A program made the translations under genes and the position numbers. Below, piece by piece: positions 24,637-38,077 of a stretch of DNA of 64,000 nt; position 1 is the first letter of the stretch, and the number at the start of each line of letters is the position of its first letter. The notes under the pieces are model-generated. The model made no database searches, had not been told where the DNA came from, and worked only from the letters and a program-made list of their open reading frames with translations. The stretch comes from Octopus vulgaris (taxonomy: Eukaryota), in the NCBI GenBank assembly GCA_951406725.2, contig OX597837.1:17360001-17424000 (forward strand), read 5' to 3'.

Positions 24637-27600
24637 TGTAGCGTATGCGAGAGATTCGAAATAAAGGCACCTACCTTCTCTTCGCTCAGATGGAGACCCT
24701 TCAGTGGTAACGGATCCTTCAACACAGCCCCGACCCGAACGCTAGAGATAGCAGCTGCTTCACCCAACCTTAACAACGTGATGACCCTTCTTAACCCCTC
24801 GACGACCTGACTCGAAAGCCAGAATCCCCCGCTCGCTGCGCGCGCGTCACGGCTGCCCCTTCCGGTCAGCTCCCCAGCTGCTGACGTCATCCCACACGCC
24901 ACCCTGATCTTAAAGATCACAATCTCTGCTCCATTGAGACGTACAGCGCGCCTTTGGTGGCTTAACCCAGACTTCCTCCCCTATTTTCACGCAAACGGGT
25001 CCCTTCTCTTCCTCGTGGCCCCCCGGCGCTTTGCTCGGGTGCCTCCATTCATATTTAAATACAGCTTTCTGCGGCACAGATTCCTCAGCTTGTTCAGATC
25101 GGGGAGACAAGTTGTACCAAAAAACTGCTTCAAGCGGCGAAATGTGCCCTCTTTCCGCTATGGCCTTGACTGTCCGATGGTGCCTCTCTACGATCCCGTT
25201 ACTGCTCGGTTTATACGCTGCTCTGAACAAGCGACGCACCTTCCACCGATCAAGCATAACCCTCAATGCTTCCGAACGAAACGCCGCCCCGTTGTCCATC
25301 AGCAGTTCTTCCACGGGACCTCTCTCTAAAAATATCCCGTTCAAGATCTGCGCGATCTGTCAGCAATGTCCGTTCTCAATTCCCTCCAAATGGCCAGCCG
25401 GCCCGGCCCGCAATCGACCATGGAGAGATACATTCCCTGACGGTAGTGCGTCACATCCACAGCTAGCCTTTTCCAGTTGTGCTCCACCGAAAGGCTTCCC
25501 TGTTCATGCCCACACGGAGCAGGGTCGCAGCTTCCGACCACTTTCCGGATGCTTCTCCTAGTGACGTCAGCATCAAATTTCTTCGCCAGATACAGGGTCC
25601 TGTCCACACCCAGGTGATGCATAGCATACAGTCTCTTCAGTTCAGTCATCCAACCGACACACCGCAGCTATCCCTTTCCGGGCCCCCTCCGGTTCTTCCA
25701 ACCACGCTCTTTTCACCCTGGTCAGTGCGTCCGCCCTGTTTTTCTCCGAAGGCACGAAAACCACGTTCAGCTTCAGTCCGAACTCGGCGATCAATTCACC
25801 TAGAACTCCTAGACGGCGCTTCATATACATCTCCGCGACACCTTTCGTCCGCACTCTCCTTTCACCGGTGATCACCGATCCTACCCAGCCAAGCACAGTG
25901 GCCGAATCCGTCCGGGTTTCAATTGCAGCCCCCATTTCAGGGCCAAGTTCACCCCTTTCAGCACCGCGTCTAATTCGGTGACATTGATTTGGTTAAAATC
26001 ATCTGCTTTCCGAAGCCAGGCCGCGTCCTCCACCGCAGCGCCTTCGATTGCCAACACAACCCCTATCGCTATACTGCTAGCGTCACACCAGACGGTCCCG
26101 CATTCCGTCTTGGGCACGTACCAGTTCCCCCTGACTGGGTCTTCCGCTCTCGTCCTCTCTAGGATTTCCTGCATCATCGCCACCGTCCCTTCTCCCACCT
26201 TGTCGCCCCAACTCTCCCCCTCCGCTCGTCTCTTGGTGTAACTGCACGCCGTGCGCAGCCATCCAGCGATCGGGTAGTGACCGACCAACTTCCCACACAC
26301 CGAAAACAGCACTCTCCTGCTGACGCTGGAACTCAGCTCTGGAATTTCATTCCATCTCCAGAACACCAACTCACCCGATCTATCTCTTCGCAGCTTCAGC
26401 CCCAGTCCAGCTCCTCCTTCCATCGACTCCGGTGGCTTCGCAATCAGTCTGAATTTCTCCAGATGTCTAACTACCTCGTTGGCTGGCACTACAGTTTCGT
26501 CCACCAAAATGTCGTCAATGTAGGAGCTGGTGGCTTTTCTAATCTTGCCGTCTTTCCCTAGGACGGACTTAAGCACTGCTGCCATGATCTTCGGAGCGGA
26601 ATTCAGCCCGAAACCCAGCCTGGTTAAACAGTACGTCCGGCCTTTGTACCGCACCACAGTTTGTCGCTCACATGGAGCTGCAAGTATGCCGATTTCAAGT
26701 CGACAATCGTCGCTGCCTCGGTCGACTGTCTCCACGCATGTAACGTCTCGCCACAAACGTCTGTCGCCTCACCTCCCGTGTGACACGATATATGCTCGTT
26801 TAGCTCCCTGAAGTCCAGCACCGGTCTGACTTTTCCCTTCGTAGGCTGCACCACCGCCATCAGGGGTATCACTCCGCCCGCTACCTCCTCTTTCCACGGG
26901 ACAAGGACCCCTTCCTCGATCGACCTCTCCATATCGTCTTCAAACTCAACCCTGACGTGGCCTTTCAGGGCATGCTGGTAGCAGCTCACTCTGTTTTTCA
27001 TCATCGGGGGCTCGTCCTTCCATCGCCACTCTATCATCCACCGCTGACCATCGAACGCCGCCTGAAAGTCTTTGTCCTCAATGGTGTAAGCGGCGCAGCG
27101 CAGTCCCTCGCGGGGTTCTGCTCTCTCTGGCGATCCTGACTCGCAGTGCACGACGCCCCCACGCTTCCGAACATGACCTCATCTCCCACAATGCTGACGC
27201 CACCGAGGCGGTTGATGGCGTCCATCCCCATCACCACATCAACCCCATCTATCACGCGTTCAGCCACAATTACCTGCAGCCTTAGCGTCGCACCGCCCAA
27301 CACTATCTCTACCTTGCTGCTGCCTCTGCAACGGATTTCGCTGCCGTCGACCGCCCGGATGCTACTTGCCCCGTTCCATTTCTTCGTCACCCTTGAAGTC
27401 ACAAGGGTGGTCGCACAGCCCGTATCCACGAGGGCCTTCAACGTCTTCCCCTCGGCCTCCACGTCAATTAATGGCAGCGTCTCCAAAAGCGCCTCTACTC
27501 GTTTGCAGGGAAAGTTCGAGAGGCAGCAACTTCCCCGCGGGCGATGTGTCCTGTCTGCCTGCATCGATAGCAAACGGGCCCCGGTTGCGTACAGTCCCGC

Positions 27601-28547
27601 GCCATGTGCGACCCCTGACATCTAAAACACCGACCTGAGAACGGCCGCTGTCGTTGCATGGTAGGCTTCTATACGTCTTTCTACGGTCGTCGTCCGTATT
27701 TACGCACCTCCGTCACCGCTATCACTATCGCCTTTCGCCCAGAGTGTCGCCTCAACACGCGGACTTGAGTCACAAGTTCGCTCAGTGCCATCTTTTTAAT
27801 CCCGGGCAATCGTTGTAGGTGAATCCCTACATCGTCGGGGAACCCATTTACAAACGCCAGTCGCGCTGCTCTCTCCAGCCCTTCTCCTGTAAACCCAGCC
27901 AGCGTCGCTAACCTTCGAACTTCTGCCGCATGTTCGTCCACCTGTCCTCCCGTCCATCTGATCGTACCCAGCTGAGCAAAAACTGTGTATTCACACTCTG
28001 TGTAGGCATCCCTCAGACGTTGCTCTATCTTTTCCTTGCTCAGACGTTCTTCCCCATCCATCTCAAGATATAGCGTCAACGCGCTCCCTTCCAAATACAG
28101 CGCCATAAGACTTGCCACATCGCTTATACCTTGCAGTCTTGCCACCAGCCTGATTTTACGAATCCAGGCCACTACATCGCCTTCACCATTAAAGGGTCTG
28201 ATGATGTCGCTGGCGATCCTGATTTTCACTGCCATCGTGATGACGTCTTATGTGGAGCGCCGAAATAGCTTGTGGCGTATGCGAGAGATTCGAAGTAACG
28301 GCACCTGCCTTCTCTTCGCTCAGATGGAGACCCTTCAGTGGTAACGGATCCTTCAACACAGCCCCGACCCGAACGCTAGAGATGGCAGCTGCTTCACCCA
28401 ACCTTAACAACGTGATGACCCTTCTTAACCCCTCGACGACCTGACTCGAAAGCCAGAATGCCCCGCTCGCTGCGCGCGCGTCACGGCTGTCCCTTCCGGT
28501 CAGCCCCAAGTTCCGGTCAACTCCCCAGCTGCTGACGTCATCTCACA
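24637..28547 (-). mobile_element. Compact Ty3/Gypsy LTR retrotransposon, structurally complete but frameshifted
   Basis: LTRs 24637-24896 and 28271-28547 (TG..CA), TSD AACAG on both sides; gag 27681-28235, protease LVDTGC, RT LGFGLNSAP/YIDD, RNase H WCDASS, integrase LMDNGAAF/IVERHHR. Confidence 0.96.
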
Positions 28548-28620
28548 AACAGTTTAATTCAAACTCCTTGGTACTATGAGTTTCAAGCGTGTGGCTAGTC
28601 TTTGGTCATTCTACTTATTC

Positions 28621-28663
<43 letters not shown>

Positions 28664-28679
28664 CATATAAATACATACA

Positions 28680-28728
28680 GTATCAGAGATACCCGTCGTT
28701 GCTCGGGATTAAAATGGCATAGTTTGTA

Positions 28729-28762
<34 letters not shown>

Positions 28763-29560
28763 CAGTTGTGTTGAAACAGGTGATACAGGAAAGTGCAGCA
28801 TTGACGACAAAACAATTGTGGAGTAAATTTGCAGAAACAACAATTTGAGGTAAAGATTATTTGCTAACATAACATGGCAGTCATTGTTTAGGACGAATGT
28901 TGCTGTAATTTAGCCCCAGGAAACATCGTCTCTAGCTGGCTCTACGACGCGATCTGTGTCCTTATATTTTCGAACAAGGGAATCTAGCACCCCCACTCAG
29001 CTCAAAACAATATCTGTGTATCGCGATTTCCGGGATACACAGATATTGTTTTGAGCTTGTTCCCTTGTTCGAAAATATAAGGACACAGATCGTGCCGTAT
29101 AGCCAGCTGGAGACGGTGTCTCCTGGGGCTAAATTACAGCAACATTCGTCCTAAACAATGACTGCCATGTTATGTTGGCAAATAATCTTTACTCCAAAGT
29201 ACTGTTGCTGAATATCTCTCCTTGTGAGATTTACAAATAGTAATTTTCTAACAACAATTTGAGTTTAGCACACCAATTTGGACAGAATTATAATTTTCAT
29301 AAGAATGGGTGGATCATATCTGAAAGCAGCTCCAGGAGTTGTGAAGAACGAATTTGTGCGTGGTCTGTTTCTGAGAGTTGTTCTATTGGACCTCTGTGTA
29401 ATCTGGCGCGTTAAACGTTGTTTTAATGCTTCAGCATTAAGTGCTGTAGCATGCCTTTGCTGATCTTTGGAAGGTCTCATCTCCTTTCTCCCTTGAGACT
29501 CCATCAAACGTGCAGCAGCATGTCTTTGCTGATTTTCAGAAAGTCTCATCTCCTTTGCAG
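28680..29560 (-). mobile_element. Helitron remnant with Rep/Hel N-terminal-like coding fragment
   Basis: Reverse-strand 3' hairpin cccgagcaacgacggg at ~28692-28707; ORF 29265-29549 has repeated MRLSENQQRHAAAR units then AAFRYDP. Confidence 0.55.
28848..29194. mobile_element. Foldback/MITE: ~345-bp near-complete palindrome
   Basis: ~130-bp outer arms gtaaagattatttg...cgaacaaggga / tcccttgttcg...caaataatctttac plus 24-bp inner arms agctcaaaacaatatctgtgtatc / gatacacagatattgttttgagct. Confidence 0.85.
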
Positions 29561-29565
29561 GCCAC

Positions 29566-29952
<387 letters not shown>

Positions 29953-32900
29953 TCAGTAGTTTTATTTTTATAACGTGCTTTCACTTCACTACCGAGCGCA
30001 GCTCTGTGTGCCTTGGGTATGTGCTGTGATTTGCTGTGATGCTCTGATGGTTACTGTATTGAAAGTGTTCTGCATAGGATGTGTGCAGTGCCCAGTAGTG
30101 CAATTTTCTGTATGTTATATGTGTTTGTAAGTCCTGGTGTTTTTGTTATGTATTTGTCTGAACATTTTTTTTTATCATGCCTAATGCACCTACTATGATA
30201 GGAATTGTTTCTGTTTTTAGATTCCACATTCTAGTTACCTCTATTTCCAGGTCTTTGTATTTTGAAAGTTTCTCCATTTCTTTTAGAGACACGTTGTCAT
30301 CTGCTGGTATTGATACATCAATTAGAAAGTATTTTTTTCTTCATGATCTCTGACAACTATATCTGGTCTGTTGGCCTTAATTTCTCTATCTATGTGTATT
30401 GGCATATCCCAGAGTATGGTTGCTTTCTCGTTTTCTATGACCTTTTCTGGTGTGTGCCTATACCATTTTTTTCTGTTGTTATTCCATAATGTTGGCATAG
30501 CTTCCAGTGTATGTAGGTCCCAACTCTGTCGTGTCTGTGAATATATTCCTTCTTAGCCAGGACTGGGCAGCCAGAGAAAATATGATTTATTGTTTCTTGT
30601 CCATCTCCACATATTCTGCAGTTACTTGTTATATTTCTTTTCATTGCATGTTTTTGGTAATTTCTGGTGGGGAGGCTTTGGTCTTGTGCTGCAATTAAAA
30701 ATCCCTCTGTCTCTGCTTTGAGTCCTGAGCTTCTTAACCACTACTGGGATTTTTCTTTGTCTATTTCTTTTGCATTTAGTTTAGTCCAGTATTTGCCATG
30801 AAGGGGCTTTTCTTGCCATCGTTTTATCATGGTCCGTTGCTGTTCTAGTATTAGTTTTGATTTCATTTGCTTTATAGCTTTTGTTGTGTTTTCTTCTTCT
30901 TCTTCATATTTGTTAGGTGGTATGATTTCTTGTTTGTATTTGTCAGCTTCTTTAAATACTGAGAACAATTTTTTGTTTTGCTCGTGTTTTGCACCTATTT
31001 GTATCAGTTTTCCTTGCTTCTGAAGTAGGTATTTTTGCTGTCCTATGGTGGTTATTTTATAGTAGTTTTCCAGCTTTATAAGGCCTCTACCACCTTCTAT
31101 ACGTTATATATATAGCCTTTCTATGTCAGATTTTGGGTGATGCATCCTAGATCCTGTCATTATTTTTCTTGTTTTCCTATCTATTTTGGTTAGTTCATTT
31201 AGCGTCCAGTTAAGGATATTGTAGCTGTAGCTTATAACTGGGACGGCTAAAGTGTGAATACCTATTATCTTGTTTTTAGCATTGAGCTCTGTTTTTAGTA
31301 TTGGTCTCACTCGTCTATAGTATTGTTTCTTTATTTTCTCTTTCATTTGTGTGTGCTGTGTCTTATCTAGTTCATGGATTCCTAAATATTTGTAAGTTTG
31401 GCTTTGGTCTAATTCTCTTATTTCATTGGCTTTATCTAGTGTGATGTTGCTACTCTTAACTAGTTTTCCTCTTTTCAGGGTTACTTTGGCGCATTTTTCT
31501 AATCAAAATTTCATATCTATTTCTTTGGTGAATCCATGAACTGTCTTTAGTAGTGTTTCCAGCTGTTTGTCATTTGTAGCGTATAGTTTTAGGTCATCCA
31601 TATATAAAAGGTGGCTGATCGTTTTGCCGTAACATTTATATCCGCATCCAGTTCTAATTAGCATATCAGATAGAGGTGACAATGCCAAGCAGAAAAGGAG
31701 TGGAGAGGGCGTGATCCCTGGAATATTCCTCTTCTAATGGAAATGGCTTTGGTTTTCACGAGTCCCTCTTTTGTTTGGAGCTGTAGCACTGTTTGCCATT
31801 TATTCATAGAGTGTCCTATGTTTCTTATAATTGTTGGTGCTACTTTGTTAATGGCTAGTGTTTCGAGGATCCATGCGTGGGGGATGCTATCAAACGCCTT
31901 TCTGTAGTCGATCCAGGCCATACTGAGGCCTTTCTTCTTTCTGTGGCTGTCTTCAGTTATGGGTTTATTGATCATTAGTTGATCTTCACAGCCATATAAG
32001 CTTTGCGGCATCCTTTCTGTTCTTCTGGAAACAGGTTGTTTTCGTCCAGGTGCTTGTTTAATCTTTGTGATATTACTGCAATGAATGTTTTGTACGTTGT
32101 AGAGAGACAGGTTATAGGTCTGTAGTTTTCTGGTTTTGCTGTCTCATTGGATTTGGGAATTAAGTTGGTTTTCCCCTTCGTGAGCCATTCAGGCATTGTC
32201 TCTGGCTCTGCCAGTATGTTGTTAAAGTTTTCAGCCAGCTTTTTGTGCATTCCTGTCAGATATTTCAACCAGAAGTTGGGGGATCTTGTCATGCCCAGGT
32301 GCCTTCCAGTTGCTTAGTCTTTGCAGTGCCTGGGTGACCTCTTCAGTTGTTATGGGGGTCCAAAGTTGCTCAGATGCTGAGTTTGTTATTTTAATACTCC
32401 TTTTTTTTTGGTTGTTGTTCTTTCGCCGACCATATTTCTTTCCAGAATTCTTCCACTTCTTCTGCCGTTGGTGCTGCAGTGATGTCTATTTTATTTTTGC
32501 CAAGTTCTTGGTGGAACTTTTTGGGGTTGGAGTTGAACTGTTTGTTTTGTTCAAAGAAACGTTGGCGTTTCTCATACCGGCAGATCCTTTGTGCTTTGGC
32601 AAGGATATCTTACTTTAGCTTTTCTTTTATCTCGGGTAAATCTTTTTCTGTACTGTGGTATTTGCACAGTATTTTTGTTTTCTTTTTGTTGCTTAGTAGC
32701 GTTGATTGTCTACTGATTTCATTAAGAATCGACAGATCTTTTCTCACTTTTTGTATTTTTTTAATGTTATTTATCCACAGGGTTTGTTTGGGTGCTGGTA
32801 CTCCTGTTTGGATGGGTTTGAGGGAGTATCCAGCTTCTTTTGTGGCTGCAGTGGCTGCTGCATATACTAAGTCATTTAGCTCAGTGATATCGCTATTTGT

Positions 32901-34015
32901 TTCGGTGGCTATTAGTTCTGTGACGGCTAGGTTCATGCTGTTTATAATTGATGTTGTTTTTTTGTCTATTTTGATTTTTGGGAGGTATGGTCGGTGGTCC
33001 ATTTTGAGATCTGTGTTTTTCAGTTCTTTGATTATTCTACTTTTTATAGTATCATAATCATTAGGCTCCCCTTCGTTGTTTCCAGATTTTAGATTTGTAT
33101 CACTTTCTTTCTCATTCGTATGTTTGTCTGTCGTGTTTTGACTTGCTGCTTGTCGTGCATTATTATGCATCTTTAGGGTCTGGGTTTGTTGTTTTTTGTT
33201 TATATTGTTTTTGTTGGAAATGTTACGTTTGTCTTCGTGTTTTACTATCTCAGTGTTTATATTATTTGGCATTGTTGTGTGGCTTCTATCTACATTTTCC
33301 TGGTGTATTTTTTCTTTTAAATGTTCTATTTCTATTTCTGATATTTTTTTGCGTTGAGAATATATCTTCGTACGTTAGCTAGTTTATTAGGGTTCATTGC
33401 TGTATCCAAGTCTTTGTTTATGTTATTTTTCTTCCATATTTTATATGTATATGTTGTGTTTTCGTTCTTTGGGTAGAGCACTGCTGTAAAGTAAGCGTGT
33501 AGGATTGAAATGTATTCCTCACGTGTCCATTTATGCCTTTTTGGTTTTATTTGCGGGACATGAGGAACAACGTCCGGTCCATTATTTTGACGGTCGTCAT
33601 TTTCACATTGTTTTGCACGTGTAGTTTTTCGTACTTTTTGTGTAACAAATTTAAAGTACGTACTTCCAGATTGTTATTCTTGAGTTGAATAATACTGGTA
33701 TTATTTAATTTTTCGTAGTTTTTTTGTACATGGTGTTTGGGGTCGGAGATGATCTGTTGTTGATGGATCGTAATGTATCAAGCATGTTTACATGGTTGGA
33801 GATGATATCGAGTTAAAATACATCATTTCGCTTGGAAAATAGCAATAAATTTCAATGAATATTACTTACTCGGATATAGTCCAAACCTTTGTCAGTTATT
33901 TTTTGGCTCCATGCGATGTCTTTGTTTCCGATGTTTGTGGGTAGATTTCAGAGCACTGTTTTATAACTCTCACATGTTAAACGTCCCCTGGTGTTCTCCG
34001 TTAAACGTCCCCCGG

Positions 34016-34017
<2 letters not shown>
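29953..34017 (-). mobile_element. Near full-length R4/Dong-like RLE non-LTR retrotransposon inserted in (TAA)n
   Basis: KWTREEY N-terminus, WKAPGHD, YRPITCL, PEEQKGCRK, WIDYRKAFDSIPH, RGIFQG, LLYMDDLKLY, CRICG..ETINHIFSGC..RHDRV, NRPDIV and KYKDL (RLE); (ATT)n at both ends; several frameshifts. Confidence 0.93.
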
Positions 34018-34088
<71 letters not shown>

Positions 34089-34102
34089 TATATATTTACT
34101 GC

Positions 34103-34175
<73 letters not shown>

Positions 34176-34203
34176 AAGAAGAAGAAGAAGAAGAAGAAGA
34201 AGA
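34018..34203. repeat. (ATT)n, (AAT)n and (AAG)n tracts
   Basis: Direct reading. Confidence 0.97.
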
Positions 34204-34249
34204 ATATCTATATGAATATTCATTCGAACATTTACTCATTTATCGTATA

Positions 34250-35852
34250 TCTCTCTATATATAAAACTGAGAATGTGTGTGCGTGTGTCTGTCTGGCTGT
34301 GTGTTTCCCTAAAACTTGAGAACTACACAACCAATTTCATTCAAATTTTATACCTGTCCGGGGAGTGTCATCGGCAAAAATTTTTTTTACTTTTTGCCTA
34401 GGGCGAACCCACAGCAATATCATATCTTCTCCACTACGATTCCCTAAAACTTGAGAACTACACAACCAATTTCATTCAAATTTTACACATGCCTTACTTA
34501 AGGTCCATGTAGTTTCATGGGCAAAAAAATGTTCAACTTCTTGCCTAGGGTGACCCCATAGCAATATCATATCTTCTCCACTATTTTAGTATTACGTGTT
34601 AAAAGTGAAACAAAAACATTTCTCTATTTTATGTCAGATACTTTCACTTTAACAATAAAAATTATAGATAATAATAACAATTGAATTATATGTAGTAAGT
34701 AATAATTAAAATCAAACTAAAGTATAATATAATCGAAACATAACAAAAGTAAAAATAGCAATTGGTATAAAATTGCATCAATGGCTTGAACTTGAATAAG
34801 TAGTTTCACATGAATGGGAATAAATTAAAAATAAAATTAGCGTGCAGAAATGGAATAGTCCAGATGGACTATTATACATAAAGGACTATAGCTTCAACTG
34901 CGTACTGCTTTTTGATTCACCGTAAGGTTTGTTGTTATTATTATTACTGTTTAACTATTGTTATCACGTTTGTTGGTTCCTCGTAAGGGAAACGTTGTTG
35001 TGTTGCATTTGTTAAATAATTGTAAACTGTAACCAGCCCCCTTTGGGAGAAGGAGCTTTGGTTATTGTTTAAAAATTGAATTGTCTCCCTGTCTGGGGAA
35101 ATCGACAATATTTTCACCGTTTACACGGAAGCATTTTCGTTAGAATGCCTTCGATAGAAGAAAGTCCAAAAATGAATTTCGCTGCAGCCGTCGGCGGGCG
35201 CGAACTCATTAAAATTAAAATGGAAGGAATACAAACCTATTTCGGATTGATCACCGACAAAGGCGGTGAATCTAGGATAACACCACCAAACGAAATAAAA
35301 AATTAAATTAAAGAAAAGACTATTGTCTATAAAGTATACAATGTAGAGAAGAAAAAAAGAGTTGAATACCTGGAGGAAAGCACCATCGAAAAGTGTCTTG
35401 GTGCGACTATGAAAGATATCTAATCAGAGGTGGTAAATTCGCCACAATAGAAGCAAGGTTCCAGTAAACGGAGCGTGCAAGGGAGTACTCGACTCGTACC
35501 TTGCAAAGTGGAAATATTTTATTTTTACCTTTATATCTGGGACGTAGGACGTCTCGGATAAAAATTTAAAATGTCCCCCCAGAAGTAGAAGTAGGCTGGA
35601 TTGTAGTCACACTTCTATACAAGAGAGAGGACAAGATACAATTGATCGAAATTGCAAGAGGCAAGCCTACAATTCCAGTCTGTTATATATTTTGAGTATT
35701 GTTATCACTAGCGATATCAAGATATAACTTTGTATTTTGTATTTTATGTGTAGATGTATATATATAGATGTACATGTAATATGTACACATATATATACAC
35801 AAAAGTACATGTACTAACACTATGACCCGGCAACGACGGGTCATAATGCTAG
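34250..35852 (+). mobile_element. 1.6-kb non-autonomous Helitron
   Basis: A|TCtctctatatataaaactgag start like the other Helitrons; 3' hairpin atgacccggcaacgacgggtcat then CTAG|T; internal ~125-bp duplication (34306/34441). Confidence 0.7.
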
Positions 35853-36531
35853 TTATGTTATATACTAATTGCACAATTTTATAGACTTAATACACAGCAC
35901 TCCTAAAATAAATATTCACTTTATTTTTCCATTTTCTCCATAAACAAAAGAAAAAATCCCGTACATATGATACAACCTTTAGTTAAATTGTACATATCTG
36001 CCACATAAGTAAGCGTGAATATTTCACGGAATTGCGCATGCGCTAAGTGATATAAAAAAACTTAGTTCAATTTTAAAAAAAGTATACTTTTCACTATCCA
36101 GTCACGATCACCACCTCCATCTCCACCACCACCACCATCTTTCTCCTCCTTCTCTCTCCCCTCTTTCTTTCTCCCCCCCCCTCTCTCTCTCTCTGCCTTT
36201 CTTTAACCTCCCCATCAGAACATCACCCCTCTGCAAAAATTATTACGTTCCCCCTACCTCACATCATGGAGGTTTCTCTCTCTCTTCTTCTTTCTCCCTC
36301 TTTCTGTTTCAGTCTTCGCCTTATCCTCTTTTTCCCTCTCCTTTTCTTCTTTCTTTCCCTTTAACTAATTACATGAAAGCGTTGCAATTACATTCTCTCT
36401 ACCTCATGTTATGGATGCTTCTCTTTTTGTCCCTCCCTTTTGTCTCTCTTCCTCTTTTCTTTTTCCCTTTTTTTTCTGTAATATATATAAATGTTTTACG
36501 TTCCTGTCCCAGTTTGTATTTTTTTACATAT

Positions 36532-36839
<308 letters not shown>

Positions 36840-36912
36840 GTAAAAAATACAAACTGGGACAGGAACGTAAAACATTTAGAAGACGATACAAAAACACGGA
36901 CGGGACATTCGA

Positions 36913-36978
36913 AGCCTTCAATCTTCAGTCAAGAACCGGATCATCTTCGCAATTTCGGCTGATTAATCTTGAGATTTC
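36913..36978 (-). ncRNA. Candidate non-circularly permuted hammerhead ribozyme (family 1, reverse copy)
   Basis: gaaa-UC-ucaaga-uuaaucagcc-GAAA-uugc-14 nt-ucuuga-CUGAAGA-uugaaggcu. Confidence 0.5.
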
Positions 36979-37538
36979 TCCGATCTGGCCAGCCCCAAGG
37001 GAAAATCTAAGCCAAGCGCATTAGATTCCTTGGAAGAAAGCCTCGAATGTATACAAAACAAGGATGGAAAACAGGACAATTCTCTGCCTTTCACACTTCG
37101 CACTCCTCTTTGATCGTCTCTTTCTCTCTCTGTCTCTCTCTCTCTTCTCCTCCTCCTTTGTTCCTTGTTCGCCTTCTTTCTCTCTTCATCTGTCCCTCTT
37201 TTCCTCTCTCTTCTCACACGTGACTAGCCGACCGATTGCTAACCCTTTCGTGGTCAGCAGCCGTTGCGGCAAGACACAATTTTTTTTCTCTCTCTAGCCC
37301 TAAGGCTTTTTTCTAACGCCAGCTCAAACATTTACTCGTCCTGTCGAAAAGACGCTTGTCTGTGATGTCCTGTTTTTGTTGTTATTATTAGTATCATTAT
37401 TGTTTTTACGTATTTTTGCATTTTTATTCGTGTAACATCGTCCTGTTTTTCGTCCTTGTTTTGTATACATTCGAGGCTTTCTTCCAAGGAATCTAATGCG
37501 CTTTGCTTAGATTTTCCCTTGGGGCTGGCCAGATCGGA

Positions 37539-37604
37539 GGAATCTCAAGATTAATCAGCCGAAATTGCGAAGATGATCCAGTTCTTGACTGAAGATTGAA
37601 GGCT
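37539..37604 (+). ncRNA. Candidate non-circularly permuted hammerhead ribozyme (family 1, forward copy)
   Basis: ggaa-UC-ucaaga-uuaaucagcc-GAAA-uugc-14 nt-ucuuga-CUGAAGA-uugaaggcu; perfect 6-bp stem I. Confidence 0.5.
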
Positions 37605-37676
37605 TCGAATGTCCCGTCCGTGTTTTTGTATCGTCTTCTAAATGTTTTACGTTCCTGTCCCAGTTTGTATTTTTAC

Positions 37677-37844
<168 letters not shown>

Positions 37845-38077
37845 GTATATGTAAAAAATACAAACTGGGACAGGAACGTAAAACATGTATATATATATAT
37901 AGGTTATAAAATGAGATAGGGGTTGAAAATTCAACCCACCATGGGATAATATATATCCAATATACTGCTAGATAGGTACCCAACAAGACTAATACATAGA
38001 TGTTAAAAATTGTCAAACAATCAGTTCATCTATTGTATTATATGGGTAAAGGTAATAATATTACCGTAAATTAATAC

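Noticed and set aside
24570-28509. Many overlapping ORFs antisense to the Gypsy element or within its LTRs
   Set aside because: GC-rich shadow frames with no motifs.
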